A stretch of DNA of 63,851 bases, filler included, from Octopus bimaculoides (GCF_001194135.2; 8 parts of 8 records of this genome joined end to end with filler, not necessarily neighbours in it), one strand, 5' to 3'. Numbered from the whole stretch's first letter, positions 11,564 to 25,827 are shown. Numbers and translations: made by a program. Notes: generated by a model not told the origin, from the sequence alone.

Positions 11564-12875
11564 ATAACTTCATATTTTTTTATACCTTGTTTTCTCTCAT
11601 TGTTTTATGAACGCGCTAACAATAGCTTATCCATTCATTCGAACGAACCGTTTTTTATGAAATCTCTTACATTACCAAAATTTAACCCAAACCTTATATT
11701 TACACCATACCAGCAACTAACCTGACCATTTTATATGTATATCCTCTGCTGGCATATTTGCGTAAACTCCGTAATTACCATAATTGTTTATCACAAACCC
11801 AAACAAACACTAGCAACTTCTGTCCATTTGTACTAAACAGCTCACAATCCCCTCTAAGTGAAATGCATTTCGTTTCATTTCTGTAACAGTTATGTTCATC
11901 TCCCACCAAAATATATGCGTACACAGATATATAGTTTTCTATGCACCGATATTACTGATATTAACGACAAGTGTTTAAGCTGACATAGATTTATTTTATA
12001 TAATTTGAATACTCACTACTGTACATTTATTAACCTTCATAGTCAACCATCGAATATCCTAACCTCTCTATATGCATTTATGCATTTTCATATATGTATG
12101 TGTATATATATATATATNNNNNNNNNNNNNNNNNNNNNNNNNNNNNNNNNNNNNNNNNNNNNNNNNNNNNNNNNNNNNNNNNNNNNNNNNNNNNNNNNNN
12201 NNNNNNNNNNNNNNNNNNNNNNNNNNNNNNNNNNNNNNNNNNNNNNNNNNNNNNNNNNNNNNNNNNNNNNNNNNNNNNNNNNNNNNNNNNNNNNNNNNNN
12301 NNNNNNNNNNNNNNNNNNNNNNNNNNNNNNNNNNNNNNNNNNNNNNNNNNNNNNNNNNNNNNNNNNNNNNNNNNNNNNNNNNNNATATTAGGGGCATTAC
12401 TATACATAAATGCCTCACGCTAGGAGGGACTCTTGAAGTCAAAACTACCATAATATACAGAGATGCAATTCGAAAATTCCACCTCTTACATAGATATATA
12501 ACTGTGAACATCTCTATGTACTATGTTGGATACATTTGGTGTTCGTCTGGTATGTTGATTTTTTTGTTCATTTTTATGTGTCTTGATTATGCTTGCACTA
12601 AGGATTAAAAAGTGCATTTTGCGCACTAATTATGAAATCATATGATTTGCAGCTGAATCTGTTTTTAAAAGGCTCGCTTCGAGAGTTCCATTCCCTCGCG
12701 TTCGGTACAACTATAACAAATCCGCGAGAGAATATACCTTCTGCTAAATCACATGACCTGTTCAATATTAATCGATCTTAACAAAATAAGGCAAAAAACA
12801 CTTTCTCCCGTTCTCTTTTCACCTCTCTAAAAATTCGAACCTCGTTATTTCAAGCTATAATTGTTTCTTATAAGT

Positions 12876-13163
12876 GAAGGCGCGTGGCTTACTGTTTAGA
12901 GTAGTTGGCTCTCGATTGTAAGTTGTGAGTCCGAAAACCGGCAGCACGTTGTCTCTTTGAGCAAATCACTTTATTTCACGTCGCTCCAATCCACTCAGCT
13001 GGCAAAAATGAGCAGTACATGTAATTCAAGGGGTCAGCCTTGTCACATTCTGTGTCACACTGAATCTCCCTGAGAACTACGTGAAGGGCACGTTAATTTC
13101 ACGAGCAGGCTGTTCCGTTGATTGGATCAACTGGAACCTTTGTCATCGTAATCGACGGAGTAC
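12876..13163 (+). mobile_element. tRNA-derived SINE, family B (ggcgcgtggcttagtgg head), long tail variant
   Basis: tRNA-like head, central ctccaatccactcagctggcaaaaatgag, and a tail ctccctgagaactacg...cgacggagt shared with 53059-53245. Confidence 0.8.
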
Positions 13164-14103
13164 TAGTAGTATCCTATAATACAGTGGCTGCGTTTATATT
13201 TAGACAACTGGTCAATATATTCACTTTGAAGTACAACAGCTAATCTGACTGCCTTACTTTATGTACGCCCAGTTTGCTGCACTTGTCTGTTATTCTGCAA
13301 TTTGCGATTGGTTTATTTCAGTAGTTAGCAACAATGATGACAACACACACAACCACAACAATCATATCATAAATCCCGTTAAACACTTCTAACACCAACG
13401 CCCACCAACTATATTAAAGACGTAAGGCAAGAAATCTCCTAAATAGTCAATCAACCAACTAGATATAGTAACGTTATCTCCTTCAAATCACATTCTATGC
13501 TCTTAATAAGGCGAAAGAAATTTTGGACAATATACTGCAAACGATGATCACCATCATCGTAATTATTGTCACCATCATCACCACCACCACCACCACCACC
13601 ACCACCGACACCAACACCATCAACGCCAGCACCACCGTCTTCATCGTCGTCGTCGTCGTCGTCGTCATCGTTGCCGTGATCGTGTTTGTGATGGTGGTGG
13701 TTTCGTAATCTGCTAATTACATTACTTATGCGTGTTTTGATAACGATAATCATTTGAACGGGACACAGTTGTCTTTCGAAGCGGCGCTAGCCTACTGTGC
13801 CTGCTGATATTGCCTCGCAGGTTCAATTACGCGGCCAGTCAGCACGCGTCTCACACTGGGGTAGACAAGGACGTATGGATATATGTATAACATGCGTATG
13901 TGTGCGTGAGAGTGTGTGGGTATGTGTGTGTATGTGTGTGTGCGGGCGCGCGTATTTGAGTCAGTTCCTCTCCCCATATGTGTACATGTATCTTTTATAG
14001 TTTACATGTACACATGTGTTTGCAGGCATACATGCATATATTTATATATATACACACACACATCCATGTATATATATGTGTGTGTGTTTGTGCGTGTGTA
14101 TCC

Positions 14104-14137
<34 letters not shown>

Positions 14138-15608
14138 ATGTATGTGTGTGTGTGTGTGTGTATGTATGAGCGTGTTTCGTAACAGTACAGTTGTGAATGT
14201 GCGTACATAAGTATATGTGTATGGCAATCAGAAAGTGAAACGTAGGAGGAAATTGCGGAAGCGGTACGGGATGAGGAATAATGTTGGCGGGAAGGATGAA
14301 GGAATAAGGGGGCGATGGATTTATTTTAGGACGGGGTAACAAGGCTGTAAGAGCGATGTAGCGTACACGCATGTGTGTATGTATATTTATGTGTTTGTAT
14401 ATACGTGTACGTTGCTGTGTTGATGCGTTATGCACATTAATAGGGTTAGTGGGACATATGTGAGGAATAGTATGAGTTTGATTGTAGAGGAGAGGTCAGT
14501 AAAAATAGCGATGTGCGACGAAGCGCATTTGCTTGAGGACGTGTCCGTTCGTGTATAGTATGTCTACGTGTGCGTATGTATATATCTGTCTATGTACATT
14601 TACATGTTGTAGGTGCGTGTGTGTGTTGCTGTGTGTGTGTGTGGTGTGTGAGCGTGTGTGTGTGTGTGTGTGTGTGCGTGCGTGTTTTACGCATTCACTT
14701 GCGCGGTTTAAACAAAATGGCGATTCTGTTTACGGTCATTCATGTGGTAATGTATGCGGTAGTAGTAGTTGTACAAATATTGATATTAGTGGTGTTAATG
14801 CTTGTTCGGTACTGCTAGTGGCGGTGGTGGCGGTGGCGGTGGTGGTGGCGGTGGCATTGGTAATGGTGGTGGTAGTAGTAGTGGTGGCTTTGATGGCGGT
14901 GGTGGTGGCTTTGGTGGTGATGGTGATGCATGTGGTAGTAGGGGGTAGGCATGAGATAATGGTGTTGTGTTTATGGCGATGGTTGTGTGGATTGTGAAAG
15001 CTAGAAACGTAGCTTGCAGCAAGGCATGTGTTTGTGTATCACTGATGATGTGTATAATTAATTGATGATTGTTAGACAATAGACGATGGTGTTGATTTTA
15101 ATAGTAACATCCTATATAACGTTAATTTCTATTGTCTCTTTACACAAGACAGTTACATGAGCGTAGTGTCTAGTATGGAGAATGTATATATTACCGACAT
15201 TTTAACAGATTACTCATACCAAGCACTTTTCTTTTTGTTTTTTAATACTAAAGTGTATATTATGGGAAAAACCTCAAAATTTTATCCAACACAATAACAG
15301 TAAGCTAATAAAAAGGATTAATTAAATATATTGGGCAATCGCAAACGGCTGTCATGACTAGACAATTTCACCGTGGACAGAAAAAGAGGGATCACTCCAT
15401 CCTGTTCACGTTCTCTTCAACAACCATTTATTCCTCTGTCATCTGACCGCTGTGAAATTTTATTTATTAAACCAATAATTTATTCAGTAGAACTATAAAA
15501 AATTAATCAAATATTCAAATCGGAGTTCTTGGCTTAATAAAGCACTTAGATAATAGTGTATTTAATTAGAATTTCACAGTGGAGAGTTGAGGGAAAGGTA
15601 AGCGGTAG

Positions 15609-15641
15609 CTGACGAAGCTGTTAATACGCTTGAAACTAGTC
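15609..15641 (+). ncRNA. Minimal hammerhead-ribozyme-like core (PLE type), stem I degenerate
   Basis: CTGACGA-agc..gct(t)-GAAA-CTAG-TC, with palindromic stem III ACTAGT and a GUC triplet. Stem I pairing is poor. Confidence 0.5.
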
Positions 15642-15769
15642 CAGTGGTTCCTTTATTTTGTTTATAGTCAGATCTGATAAACGTAATAGTCCTTTACGAC
15701 TGTCCAATGTAATTAAGTTCAATTAGTTTAATCAGTCAGTGACGGTTAAAATATTTGGTGTTATCCAAT

Positions 15770-15905
15770 AGTAAACCTCAGTATTTATTTTATGACCCTT
15801 GGAGGATGAAAGTGAAAGTTGGTCGTTGCAGTATATCGTGCGGTAATGTGTAAAAAGCACAAGGCTTGATATTGTTAAGCATTTCGTCCAAACCTCTACC
15901 GCTTC
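15770..15905 (-). mobile_element. Degenerate family A SINE
   Basis: tatttattttatgacccttggaggatgaaagt...aagcatttcgtcc resembles the reverse complement of family A. Confidence 0.55.
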
Positions 15906-16020
15906 TTTGCCTCAGTGAAATAATTACTTGAACCAACATTGAGATACAGGGCTAATTATTTAACCAGGAGCTAAAAGCCGAATGTATCTATCGATCTCTC
16001 CCACCCTCTCACCTTCCCTC

Positions 16021-16054
<34 letters not shown>

Positions 16055-16403
16055 CCCCCACACACACATACATACACATACAAGCGCACACACATATACA
16101 TATATATGTTTTTATCCAAAATGGAGACGAACAATATTCCTCTTTGTGATCGGCTAAAAAATGTTTAACATATCAAGATATTTTCTTAACATGAAACCAG
16201 TTGTATCCCTAATACACAAATATACAAATAAAGAAATTTTATCCATCAATTCCGTGTTGAGTACCTATTTTCATTGTTACGCATTTACGGACGCACACAT
16301 ACACACACATACCACAACACACACACACAACACGCGCACAAATCACACACACACATGCACGCATACACACACACATGCAAACACATACACACACATACAC
16401 ACA

Positions 16404-16887
<484 letters not shown>

Positions 16888-17119
16888 AAATTTTGGGTAA
16901 AACCTCCACTTTTACCCGCTCCCATTGATTGCACTTAGTATAGCACTAGTGTAGCNNNNNNNNNNNNNNNNNNNNNNNNNNNNNNNNNNNNNNNNNNNNT
17001 TAATTAATTAANNNNNNNNNNNNNNNNNNNNNNNNNNNNNNNNNNNNNNNNNNNNATATATATATATATATATAAATATAAATATATACATTGCATCAAA
17101 TCTCTCTCTTAAATTTATA

Positions 17120-17150
<31 letters not shown>

Positions 17151-17261
17151 GTTTATATATGTGTATATATATATGTATGTATATATGTGTGTATATATAC
17201 ATAAATACATATATATAAACACACATATATACACACACATGTATGAATACATATGTATGTT

Positions 17262-17293
<32 letters not shown>

Positions 17294-17298
17294 AGTGT

Positions 17299-17346
<48 letters not shown>

Positions 17347-18859
17347 ATACATATATGTGTGTGCGTGAAGAGGGGAAAATAAAGGGATACGTCGACAAAA
17401 AGAGATACACAAGTAGACTCATATAAGTAGTGTGTGAGTGTGTTGTGCGCATGCGTGTGTGTGTGTGTGTGTTTGTGTGTGTGCTTGTTTGTGTCAGTGT
17501 GTATGTGTGTGTATACATTCATACATACATACACACACATATATGTATATGTATGTATATATATATATATNNNNNNNNNNNNNNNNNNNNNNNNNNNNNN
17601 NNNNNNNNNNNNNNNNNNNNNNNNNNNNNNNNNNNNNNNNNNNNNNNNNNNNNNNNNNNNNNNNNNNNNNNNNNNNNNNNNNNNNNNNNNNNNNNNNNNN
17701 NNNNNNNNNNNNNNNNNNNNNNNNNNNNNNNNNNNNNNNNNNNNNNNNNNNNNNNNNNNNNNNNNNNNNNNNNNNNNNNNNNNNNNNNNNNNNNNNNNNN
17801 NNNNNNNNNNNNNNNNNNNNNNNNNNNNNNNNNNNNNNNNNNNNNNNNNNNNNNNNNNNNNNNNNNNNNNNNNNNNNNNNNNNNNNNNNNNNNNNNNNNN
17901 NNNNNNNNNNNNNNNNNNNNNNNNNNNNNNNNNNNNNNNNNNNNNNNNNNNNNNNNNNNNNNNNNNNNNNNNNNNNNNNNNNNNNNNNNNNNNNNNNNNN
18001 NNNNNNNNNNNNNNNNNNNNNNNNNNNNNNNNNNNNNNNNNNNNNNNNNNNNNNNNNNNNNNNNNNNNNNNNNNNNNNNNNNNNNNNNNNNNNNNNNNNN
18101 NNNNNNNNNNNNNNNNNNNNNNNNNNNNNNNNNNNNNNNNNNNNNNNNNNNNNNNNNNNNNNNNNNNNNNNNNNNNNNNNNNNNNNNNNNNNNNNNNNNN
18201 NNNNNNNNNNNNNNNNNNNNNNNNNNNNNNNNNNNNNNNNNNNNNNNNNNNNNNNNNNNNNNNNNNNNNNNNNNNNNNNNNNNNNNNNNNNNNNNNNNNN
18301 NNNNNNNNNNNNNNNNNNNNNNNNNNNNNNNNNNNNNNNNNNNNNNNNNNNNNNNNNNNNNNNNNNNNNNNNNNNNNNNNNNNNNNNNNNNNNNNNNNNN
18401 NNNNNNNNNNNNNNNNNNNNNNNNNNNNNNNNNNNNNNNNNNNNNNNNNNNNNNNNNNNNNATATATATATATATATATACATGCGTGTGCATACGTATG
18501 CGTATGTACACATTTATATCTTATAATAACGTATACAAAAGAATGAAAAGATGGCGTCTTTAGATTAGCAGGAGTTTTGGAGATTATACCGGATTATTGT
18601 CATTTAATCAATAATTCACCAAGAAACAAAATAGTTTTTTTCTTTTTAATATCTTTTCATTGTTTTTCTTTTAATGTCTGCATGTTATCTAACATATTGC
18701 TTACTTATAGTTTGTCGGCCACATTCTTTAATATATGTTCATCATTATATATATATATATATGCGTATGTTTATATAAGTATATACATATATACGTGTAT
18801 ATATATATATATATATATTCATACACACACATGTATATATATATGTATATGCATATATA

Positions 18860-18895
<36 letters not shown>

Positions 18896-19640
18896 CACAC
18901 ATATATATATACACGTACATAAATACATACATATATAATGAAATTTATATCTTGCCTCTTAACGCCTGTTAAAATTTAGCTTGCTGCTCACTTTTTAATG
19001 TTTTCGCTGATGTTTCTCTTTAACTAATGCTTTTCTTTTTTTGTTGTTGTTGTTCTTAAATATATTCTTCATTATTCTCGAAAATTCTTTTCTCCTTTCA
19101 TTGACGTGTGACATCTTCCCAACACCTTCCAATCATTCATCCATCCTTCTAGTCATTCACATAACCATTAATACTGCCATTTCTTCAGCCAGTCTTTATG
19201 TAAGTGCATTTTATTCTAAATGTTGTCTATAAGCAGTTTAAATCCGAAAGATTCAACCCGCATCTGTCTTTTTTTACTTTTTCTTACGTTAACACCCCAA
19301 CTAACAATTGCATCTCTACATAGTCACTGCACCTGCACGAAACAGCAGTCACAACTCGCTCAGATCAAGGCTTAGCTTCATAAACGTGGAAAGACAGATA
19401 GGATATCACTTAAAAGACGAGATGGTCATGGTGTGATTAGATTTGTTCGTAGTTCTCCTTAATGAAACTCAAGTTTAGTTTAAACAACAATGTGTTATTT
19501 CCTATTTTATTAATTTTTGAAAATCTCATCAGTGATTTTGTAGTAACTCCTGGCCAACCCTAATAATGATTTCTAATTTGGTACAAGGCCAGCAATTTAT
19601 GGGGATGGGGAAGTCGATTACATCGTGTCCAGTGATCAAC

Positions 19641-19882
<242 letters not shown>

Positions 19883-20506
19883 AGTTAGAGGTTAAACAAC
19901 CATCTAAGGGATAATGTATATCCAATATACTACTGGATGTATACCTACGTATTTATATCCAAGTGTTTAATGTTGCAGGGCAGCAATGCAATTGAATAAT
20001 AGGTATGAGTGGGGGTAAAACAGAAATTTACTCAGAATTTATAAGGCAAATAAGAAAATGGAGAGGACAATTAATCGACAAACATCAGCCTGTAAGCATT
20101 CATTTAGATCTATTTATTAATTACAATCATATGTATAAGTAACCAAAATAATTTATTTTGATTATTTATTTATTCATTTATTTTGTTTATTTACGTTTGT
20201 TCATTTGTTTACTCGTTTATTTGCTTACTGATTTATTTACTTGTTTATTTGTTTATTTATTTTGATTATTTATACATATGATTGTAATATATATATATAT
20301 TCATTTATTGATGTTTGTTTTCATGACGAGAGGTACCAAGTTGAAATTTCAAAATCACTGTCACCTATCTTCATGCGTGCGTGCTTGTGTGTGCAAGAGT
20401 GTGTGTGTGTCTTTGTTTGTATCTATAACTATCTATATATCTGTAAATATACATTATTTACATTATTTACATTCGACGGATATTTGTCCTCATCTTGTTT
20501 GTTGTT

Positions 20507-20552
20507 AACACAACGTTTCGGCTGATATACCCTCCAGCCTTCGTCAGGTGTC
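20507..20552 (-). ncRNA. Minimal type I hammerhead ribozyme, antisense arm copy
   Basis: Exact reverse complement of 20589-20634. Confidence 0.75.
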
Positions 20553-20588
20553 TTGGGGAAATTTCGAACCTGGGTTCTCATTCCTAAC

Positions 20589-20634
20589 GACACCTGACGA
20601 AGGCTGGAGGGTATATCAGCCGAAACGTTGTGTT
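20589..20634 (+). ncRNA. Minimal type I hammerhead ribozyme (PLE type)
   Basis: Stem I GACAC/GTGTT, core CTGACGA, stem II GGCTG/CAGCC (10-nt loop), GAAA, palindromic loopless stem III AACGTT. Predicted cut after GUU at 20629. Confidence 0.75.
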
Positions 20635-20765
20635 AACAACAAACAAGATGAGGACAAATATCCGTCGAATGTAAATAATGTAAATAATGTAAATAATTCC
20701 TCATCTCTTAAATATAGAACTGTATCTGTAAATATGTATGTATGTATGTATGCATNNNNNNNNNN

Positions 20766-21028
20766 TCTTGTTTGTTGTTAACACAACGTTTCGGCTGATA
20801 TACCCTCCAGCCTTCGTCAGGTGTCTTGGGGAAATTTCGAACCTGGGTTCTCATTCCTAACGACACCTGACGAAGGCTGGAGGGTATATCAGCCGAAACG
20901 TTGTGTTAACAACAAACAAGATGAGGACAAATATCCGTCGAATGTAAATAATGTAAATAATGTAAATAATTCCTCATCTCTTAAATATAGAACTGTATCT
21001 GTAAATATGTATGTATGTATGTATGCAT
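20766..21028. repeat. Identical second copy of 20493-20755 across a 10-N gap (probably an assembly overlap)
   Basis: 263 bp identical at offset 273, separated only by 10 N. Confidence 0.8.
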
Positions 21029-23104
21029 GTATGTATGTATGTATGTATATGCTTATACTGTAATTCTTGTCAGTGCGTGATAGCTTAAAAAGAATACAGA
21101 GAATATTAGTACCTTTGTAGGATGCATATATATGAATTAAACAGAAGCCTAAATTAGTTACTCATCACTGCACAGTTTCGCCATGGAATATCCAGATGAT
21201 GTGCATTGGATTATTTATATGTACCTGATAATTTTTTGAAATGATCGTATCATTTGTCATGTACACAGAAACCAAAGAGTGACATAACTTCTAAATTTTC
21301 TAGAAAATTAGATTCTTTGGTGGTGGTATATAAGTTTATATCCAAGAAAACCAGAATGCAGAGTAACTAATTTCGGTTAAAGAGTGTAATTGAAATGAGA
21401 TTATATAGCGAAAATAATAAGAATTCTCAAGGGAAATTAAAGTTCCTAAAATATGTGGTATTTAGGCAGGAATTGTACAAGGCGGAAAACCATAATATTT
21501 GGCAACACGAAATAACAAGAGTAAGCCAAAGTAAAGAAAGAAAAACGTAACCAAAAAGAAGAAAATTTAGATTTAAATAATAAAATAAAAAATAAAATGG
21601 TCTTGTATGTTAAGAAGGAGAAATCTACCTGATGGCAATCTTCAAAAGTCTCAAAAGACAACTTGATCAGATGCTCAGGAAATTCGAAGCTTGCAGGCAT
21701 TTTGTAAAGCTTATGTTGAAATTCTGACATGTCATGGATCCTCAAAACTTAATATATCTCTTCATAGGGGAGTGATATATCAACGAAGATTTGTGAGATG
21801 TCGTTTCATAGAGGACTTTAACATAATATGGTAAAAATTCGATATTAATTAATATCAATTTAATACCAGGAAACTAGCACATTAAAAGAATCAGAAGGTT
21901 CAGGAAAAAATTTTTGGGAGATCCTAAAAAGATTATAGTACTTGTGTATATAAGATTGACCAGTAACCGGTCTGTCAATGTATCTCAATATACATANNNN
22001 NNNNNNNNNNNNNNNNNNNNNNNNNNNNNNNNNNNNNNNNNNNNNNNNNNNNNNNNNNNNNNNNNNNNNNNNNNNNNNNNNNNNNNNNNNNNNNNNNNNN
22101 NNNNNNNNNNNNNNNNNNNNNNNNNNNNNNNNNNNNNNNNNNNNNNNNNNNNNNNNNNNNNNNNNNNNNNNNNNNNNNNNNNNNNNNNNNNNNNNNNNNN
22201 NNNNNNNNNNNNNNNNNNNNNNNNNNNNNNNNNNNNNNNNNNNNNNNNNNNNNNNNNNNNNNNNNNNNNNNNNNNNNNNNNNNNNNNNNNNNNNNNNNNN
22301 NNNNNNNNNNNNNNNNNNNNNNNNNNNNNNNNNNNNNNNNNNNNNNNNNNNNNNNNNNNNNNNNNNNNNNNNNNNNNNNNNNNNNNNNNNNNNNNNNNNN
22401 NNNNNNNNNNNNNNNNNNNNNNNNNNNNNNNNNNNNNNNNNNNNNNNNNNNNNNNNNNNNNNNNNNNNNNNNNNNNNNNNNNNNNNNNNNNNNNNNNNNN
22501 NNNNNNNNNNNNNNNNNNNNNNNNNNNNNNNNNNNNNNNNNNNNNNNNNNNNNNNNNNNNNNNNNNNNNNNNNNNNNNNNNNNNNNNNNNNNNNNNNNNN
22601 NNNNNNNNNNNNNNNNNNNNNNNNNNNNNNNNNNNNNNNNNNNNNNNNNNNNNNNNNNNNNNNNNNNNNNNNNNNNNNNNNNNNNNNNNNNNNNNNNNNN
22701 NNNNNNNNNNNNNNNNNNNNNNNNNNNNNNNNNNNNNNNNNNNNNNNNNNNNNNNNNNNNNNNNNNNNNNNNNNNNNNNNNNNNNNNNNNNNNNNNNNNN
22801 NNNNNNNNNNNNATATATATATATATATATAGCCTATTTTTAGGGTTACGACGACCTGCACGTATTTTAACTGCACAGAGCATTGGCAATTGCATATGCA
22901 ACTGGGCATAATTTTCTGGAAATCGCTAGAAATAGAAGCCCACAAATACCTATGGATAGAAAGCTTAGGAAAAATAGTAGATCGATAGGAATGAGGGTAG
23001 CAGAGACATGTAGCAGGAACTACTATACAATAGATAATATGAACAATTAATTAGGTCTCTGTAATTGCGCTAGCAATAAAGTATGCCCCTTAAACTCTAC
23101 ATGT

Positions 23105-23480
23105 TTGACGAAGAACCTAGTGTATCGATACATGGTCATATCTGAGGGAAGGACGTACTGCTATATAGGAGCTAGCTCGCTAACTTTCAACAAAAGACTA
23201 GCAAATCATTTAAATTCATTTAGAGATAGAAATAAAATGAAGAGTACGAACTTAATCAGGCTAATCTGCTCCCTTAAAGATAAGAACCATAGCTTTATCA
23301 CAGAGTGAGAGATAAATAGTACGGCTAAATCGTATGGAACCAGGGGAAATAGATGTAAGTTATGTATAGAAGAAATGTATCAAACTTTTACATCGAGACA
23401 CAAATTACTTCATAGCAGACTGGAAGAGGCCTTAAGATGCTTACATAAGCATGCAAAAGCGTTTCAGGAATTTAACACAT
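23105..23480 (+). mobile_element. PLE GIY-YIG endonuclease fragment
   Basis: KNLVYRY...CYIGASSLTFNKRLANHLNSFRDR...SLKDKNHSFITE*EINSTAKSY...NRCKLCIEE...KLLHSRLEEALRCLH. Confidence 0.88.
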
Positions 23481-23539
23481 GTTCAAGGTAACTCAATTTC
23501 CCACCTACAAGCAAGAAAGGAAGGATAGAAGCACATGTC

Positions 23540-24840
23540 CTGTACTCAATTGGTACTTAATTTATCGACTCCGAAAGGACGAAAGGCAAAGTCGTCCTCA
23601 GTGGAACTCAGAACTTGAACTCAGAACGTAGCGACACACGAAATACCGCGAAGCATTTCGCCCAGCGTGCTAACGATTCTGCCAGCTCGCCACCTTGTGT
23701 CTTTTAATATAGCGTCCGGCCGACCAAAACCTTGTGAGTGGATTTCGTAAAGACTGACGAAATGTCCCTAAACATTTTGTCCGGGCGCTAATGGTTCCGC
23801 CAGGCCGCCGCCTTCACAAGACGAGTAATATTGAGTAAAGGTAGTCAGCTGATGCTATTGAGCTAAGTACTTGACTGACAATTGACAGACCCCGAAAGGA
23901 TGAAAGGCAAAGTCGACCTCAGCAGAATTCGAACTCAGATCGTAAAGACTGACGAAACGCCCCTAATCATTTTGCCCAGCGCACTAATAGTTCCGCCAGA
24001 TCACCACCTTCACAAGGCCTGAAATTTGGGACGGGGTGATAAAGAAAGTCGATTACATCGACCCCAGTTCGCAACTGGTACTTATTTTATCGACCCCGAA
24101 AGGATAAAAGGCAAAGTCTTCCTCTGCGAAATTTGAACCCCAGAACGTACAGGAGGACAAAATGCCGTTAAGCATTTCGCCCGGCGTGCTAACGTTTCTT
24201 ATTTCTTTATTGCCCACAAGGGGCTACACACAGAGGGGACAAACAAGGACTAACAAACAGATTAAGTCGATTATATCGATCCCAGTGCGAAACTGGTACT
24301 TATTTAATCGACCCCGAAAGGATGAAAGGCAAAGTCGACCTCGGCAGAATTTGAACTCTGAACGTAGCGGCAAACGGAATACCGCTAAGCATTTCGCCCA
24401 GTGTGCTAACGTTTCTGCCAGCTCGCCGCCTGTAGTACTATATAATAATAATTCTTTCTACTAGAAGCAGAAGTCCTGAAATAGGGCTGGTGGAGCTAGT
24501 CTATTACATCACCCTAGTGCTCAACTGGAACTTATTTCATCAACCCCGAAGAGATGAAAGGCAAAGCCGACTCGGTGGGATTTGAAGTAAGAAAGGACGA
24601 AATACCGCTGAGCATTTTGCTCGACGCACTAATGATTCTGTTAGCGCGCGGCATTAATAATAGTTTCAAATTTTGGTGCAAGGCCAGCAAGTTCGGGGCT
24701 CAAGTAAGTCGATTACATCGACCCAAGTGCTCAACTAGTATTTATTTTATCGACCCCGAAAAGATAAACAGCAAACTCGACCTCGGCGGAATTTGAACTG
24801 AGAACGTAAAGACAGACGAAATGCTGCTGAGCATTTTGTC
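23540..24840 (-). mobile_element. Cluster of about 7 same-orientation family A SINE copies
   Basis: Repeated atcgaccccgaaaggatgaaaggcaaagtcgacctc...gaactcagaacgt...gcatttcgccc...gccagctcgccgcc at about 23540, 23748, 23865, 24011, 24198 (full length, to 24431), 24460 and 24665. Confidence 0.9.
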
Positions 24841-25758
24841 TGTCTAATAATAAGTTAGAAACTTTATCAAAACTAATTTCATTATTCAAATTCACAGAGA
24901 GATAGACTCAGCCATCAGATTAACCTATTTATTCTATTAAACATAGGGACCAGGGAATTCTGTGGTTTTCCTACAAAGTACCAACAACCCAATTGATTTT
25001 TTTTTCTCGTAGTAGAATCGAAAAAGGAAAGGCAGCACACATGACCTTTACAAGCCTTCTGAGATTGAGTGAAGAGGAAAGGAGGCGGCCATGACTCACA
25101 GGTTATGAATCACGTGATGTGTTACCCGCAGGCCTGAAACAGACGCTGAAAATCTGCAACAACGTAGACTCCACTAATGAGACTGTTTCCTTCCTTCCTT
25201 CTTTTTTTCTTTGTTTGTTTGTTTCTTTTTTTCTTTTTTCTTTTCTATTCCACTTCCCCTCTCTTCCTACGTCTCCGACTCTTTCTTGCCCTCTTTCTAT
25301 CTCTAATTTCAGATATCAATATTCATTTACTTTTACGTTACACTTTGACATTAACATATTTCTTACTTGCAGTTTTGTTTAACATAGATGACCTATCGGA
25401 AATTATCAATGATCGATCTATCCAGTCCATCGTAATTGTCACCTTGTGACACTTTTTTTTTTTCACCCACTGAAAACTGCTGCATGGCAAATAATCAGTG
25501 ATTGTATTATCATTATTATCATTATTGTTGTTGTTGTTGTTCTCTTATTGACACGTGTTGCACATGCCTCCATTAAGTTTGTTATTATTTCTATTGTTAC
25601 AAAAAATTTTTTATTGAACATTTGTTATCGTTTCATAAATAAACTAACCAGGATCTTACAGAGCTGGTTAGTTTTTCTCCATCTTTAGCCCTTTTGGGCT
25701 AAATTGGGCTTCTTTAGCAAAGACGCTCCTCAATTTTTGTTAAAAAAAAAAAAGAAAG

Positions 25759-25827
25759 ATGGCGGCGAGGATTGTTCGTCTTCTGAAAAGTACAGTCAGT
25801 TATTCACAGAACAGCCGAATTGTAAAA
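25759..25827 (+). CDS. Candidate first coding exon (MAARIVRLLKSTVSYSQNSRIVK), unverified
   Basis: ATG sits inside a perfect YY1-type motif AAGATGGCGGC (25756-25766). The peptide is R/K/S-rich with no acidic residues, like a targeting peptide. Donor AAA|gttagt. No homology recognised. Confidence 0.25.

Larger units (their letters stand above)
20450..20691. mobile_element. Foldback element with perfect 103-bp inverted arms, each carrying a hammerhead motif
   Basis: 20450-20552 is the reverse complement of 20589-20691, with a 36-bp spacer. Confidence 0.9.

Noticed and set aside
13750-13870. GC-rich patch encoding LSFEAALAYCA (C-type-lectin-like phrase)
   Set aside because: Immediate stop codon and no splice sites in frame; coincidental.
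20766-21028. Tandem second copy of the hammerhead foldback, attractive as a natural ribozyme dimer
   Set aside because: It is 100% identical and separated by a 10-N gap, which is typical of unmerged contig overlap. Long reads are needed before treating it as real.
21600-21745. Minus-strand exon candidate HDMSEFQHKLYKMPASFEFPEHLIKLSFETFEDCHQ with CAG|gtagat donor
   Set aside because: No credible acceptor (only GAG, without a pyrimidine tract) and no homology recognised.
23540-24840. CRISPR-like or satellite array of recurring about 35-bp motifs
   Set aside because: The recurring motifs are internal parts of diverged SINE copies with irregular spacing, in a eukaryotic context with no cas genes.
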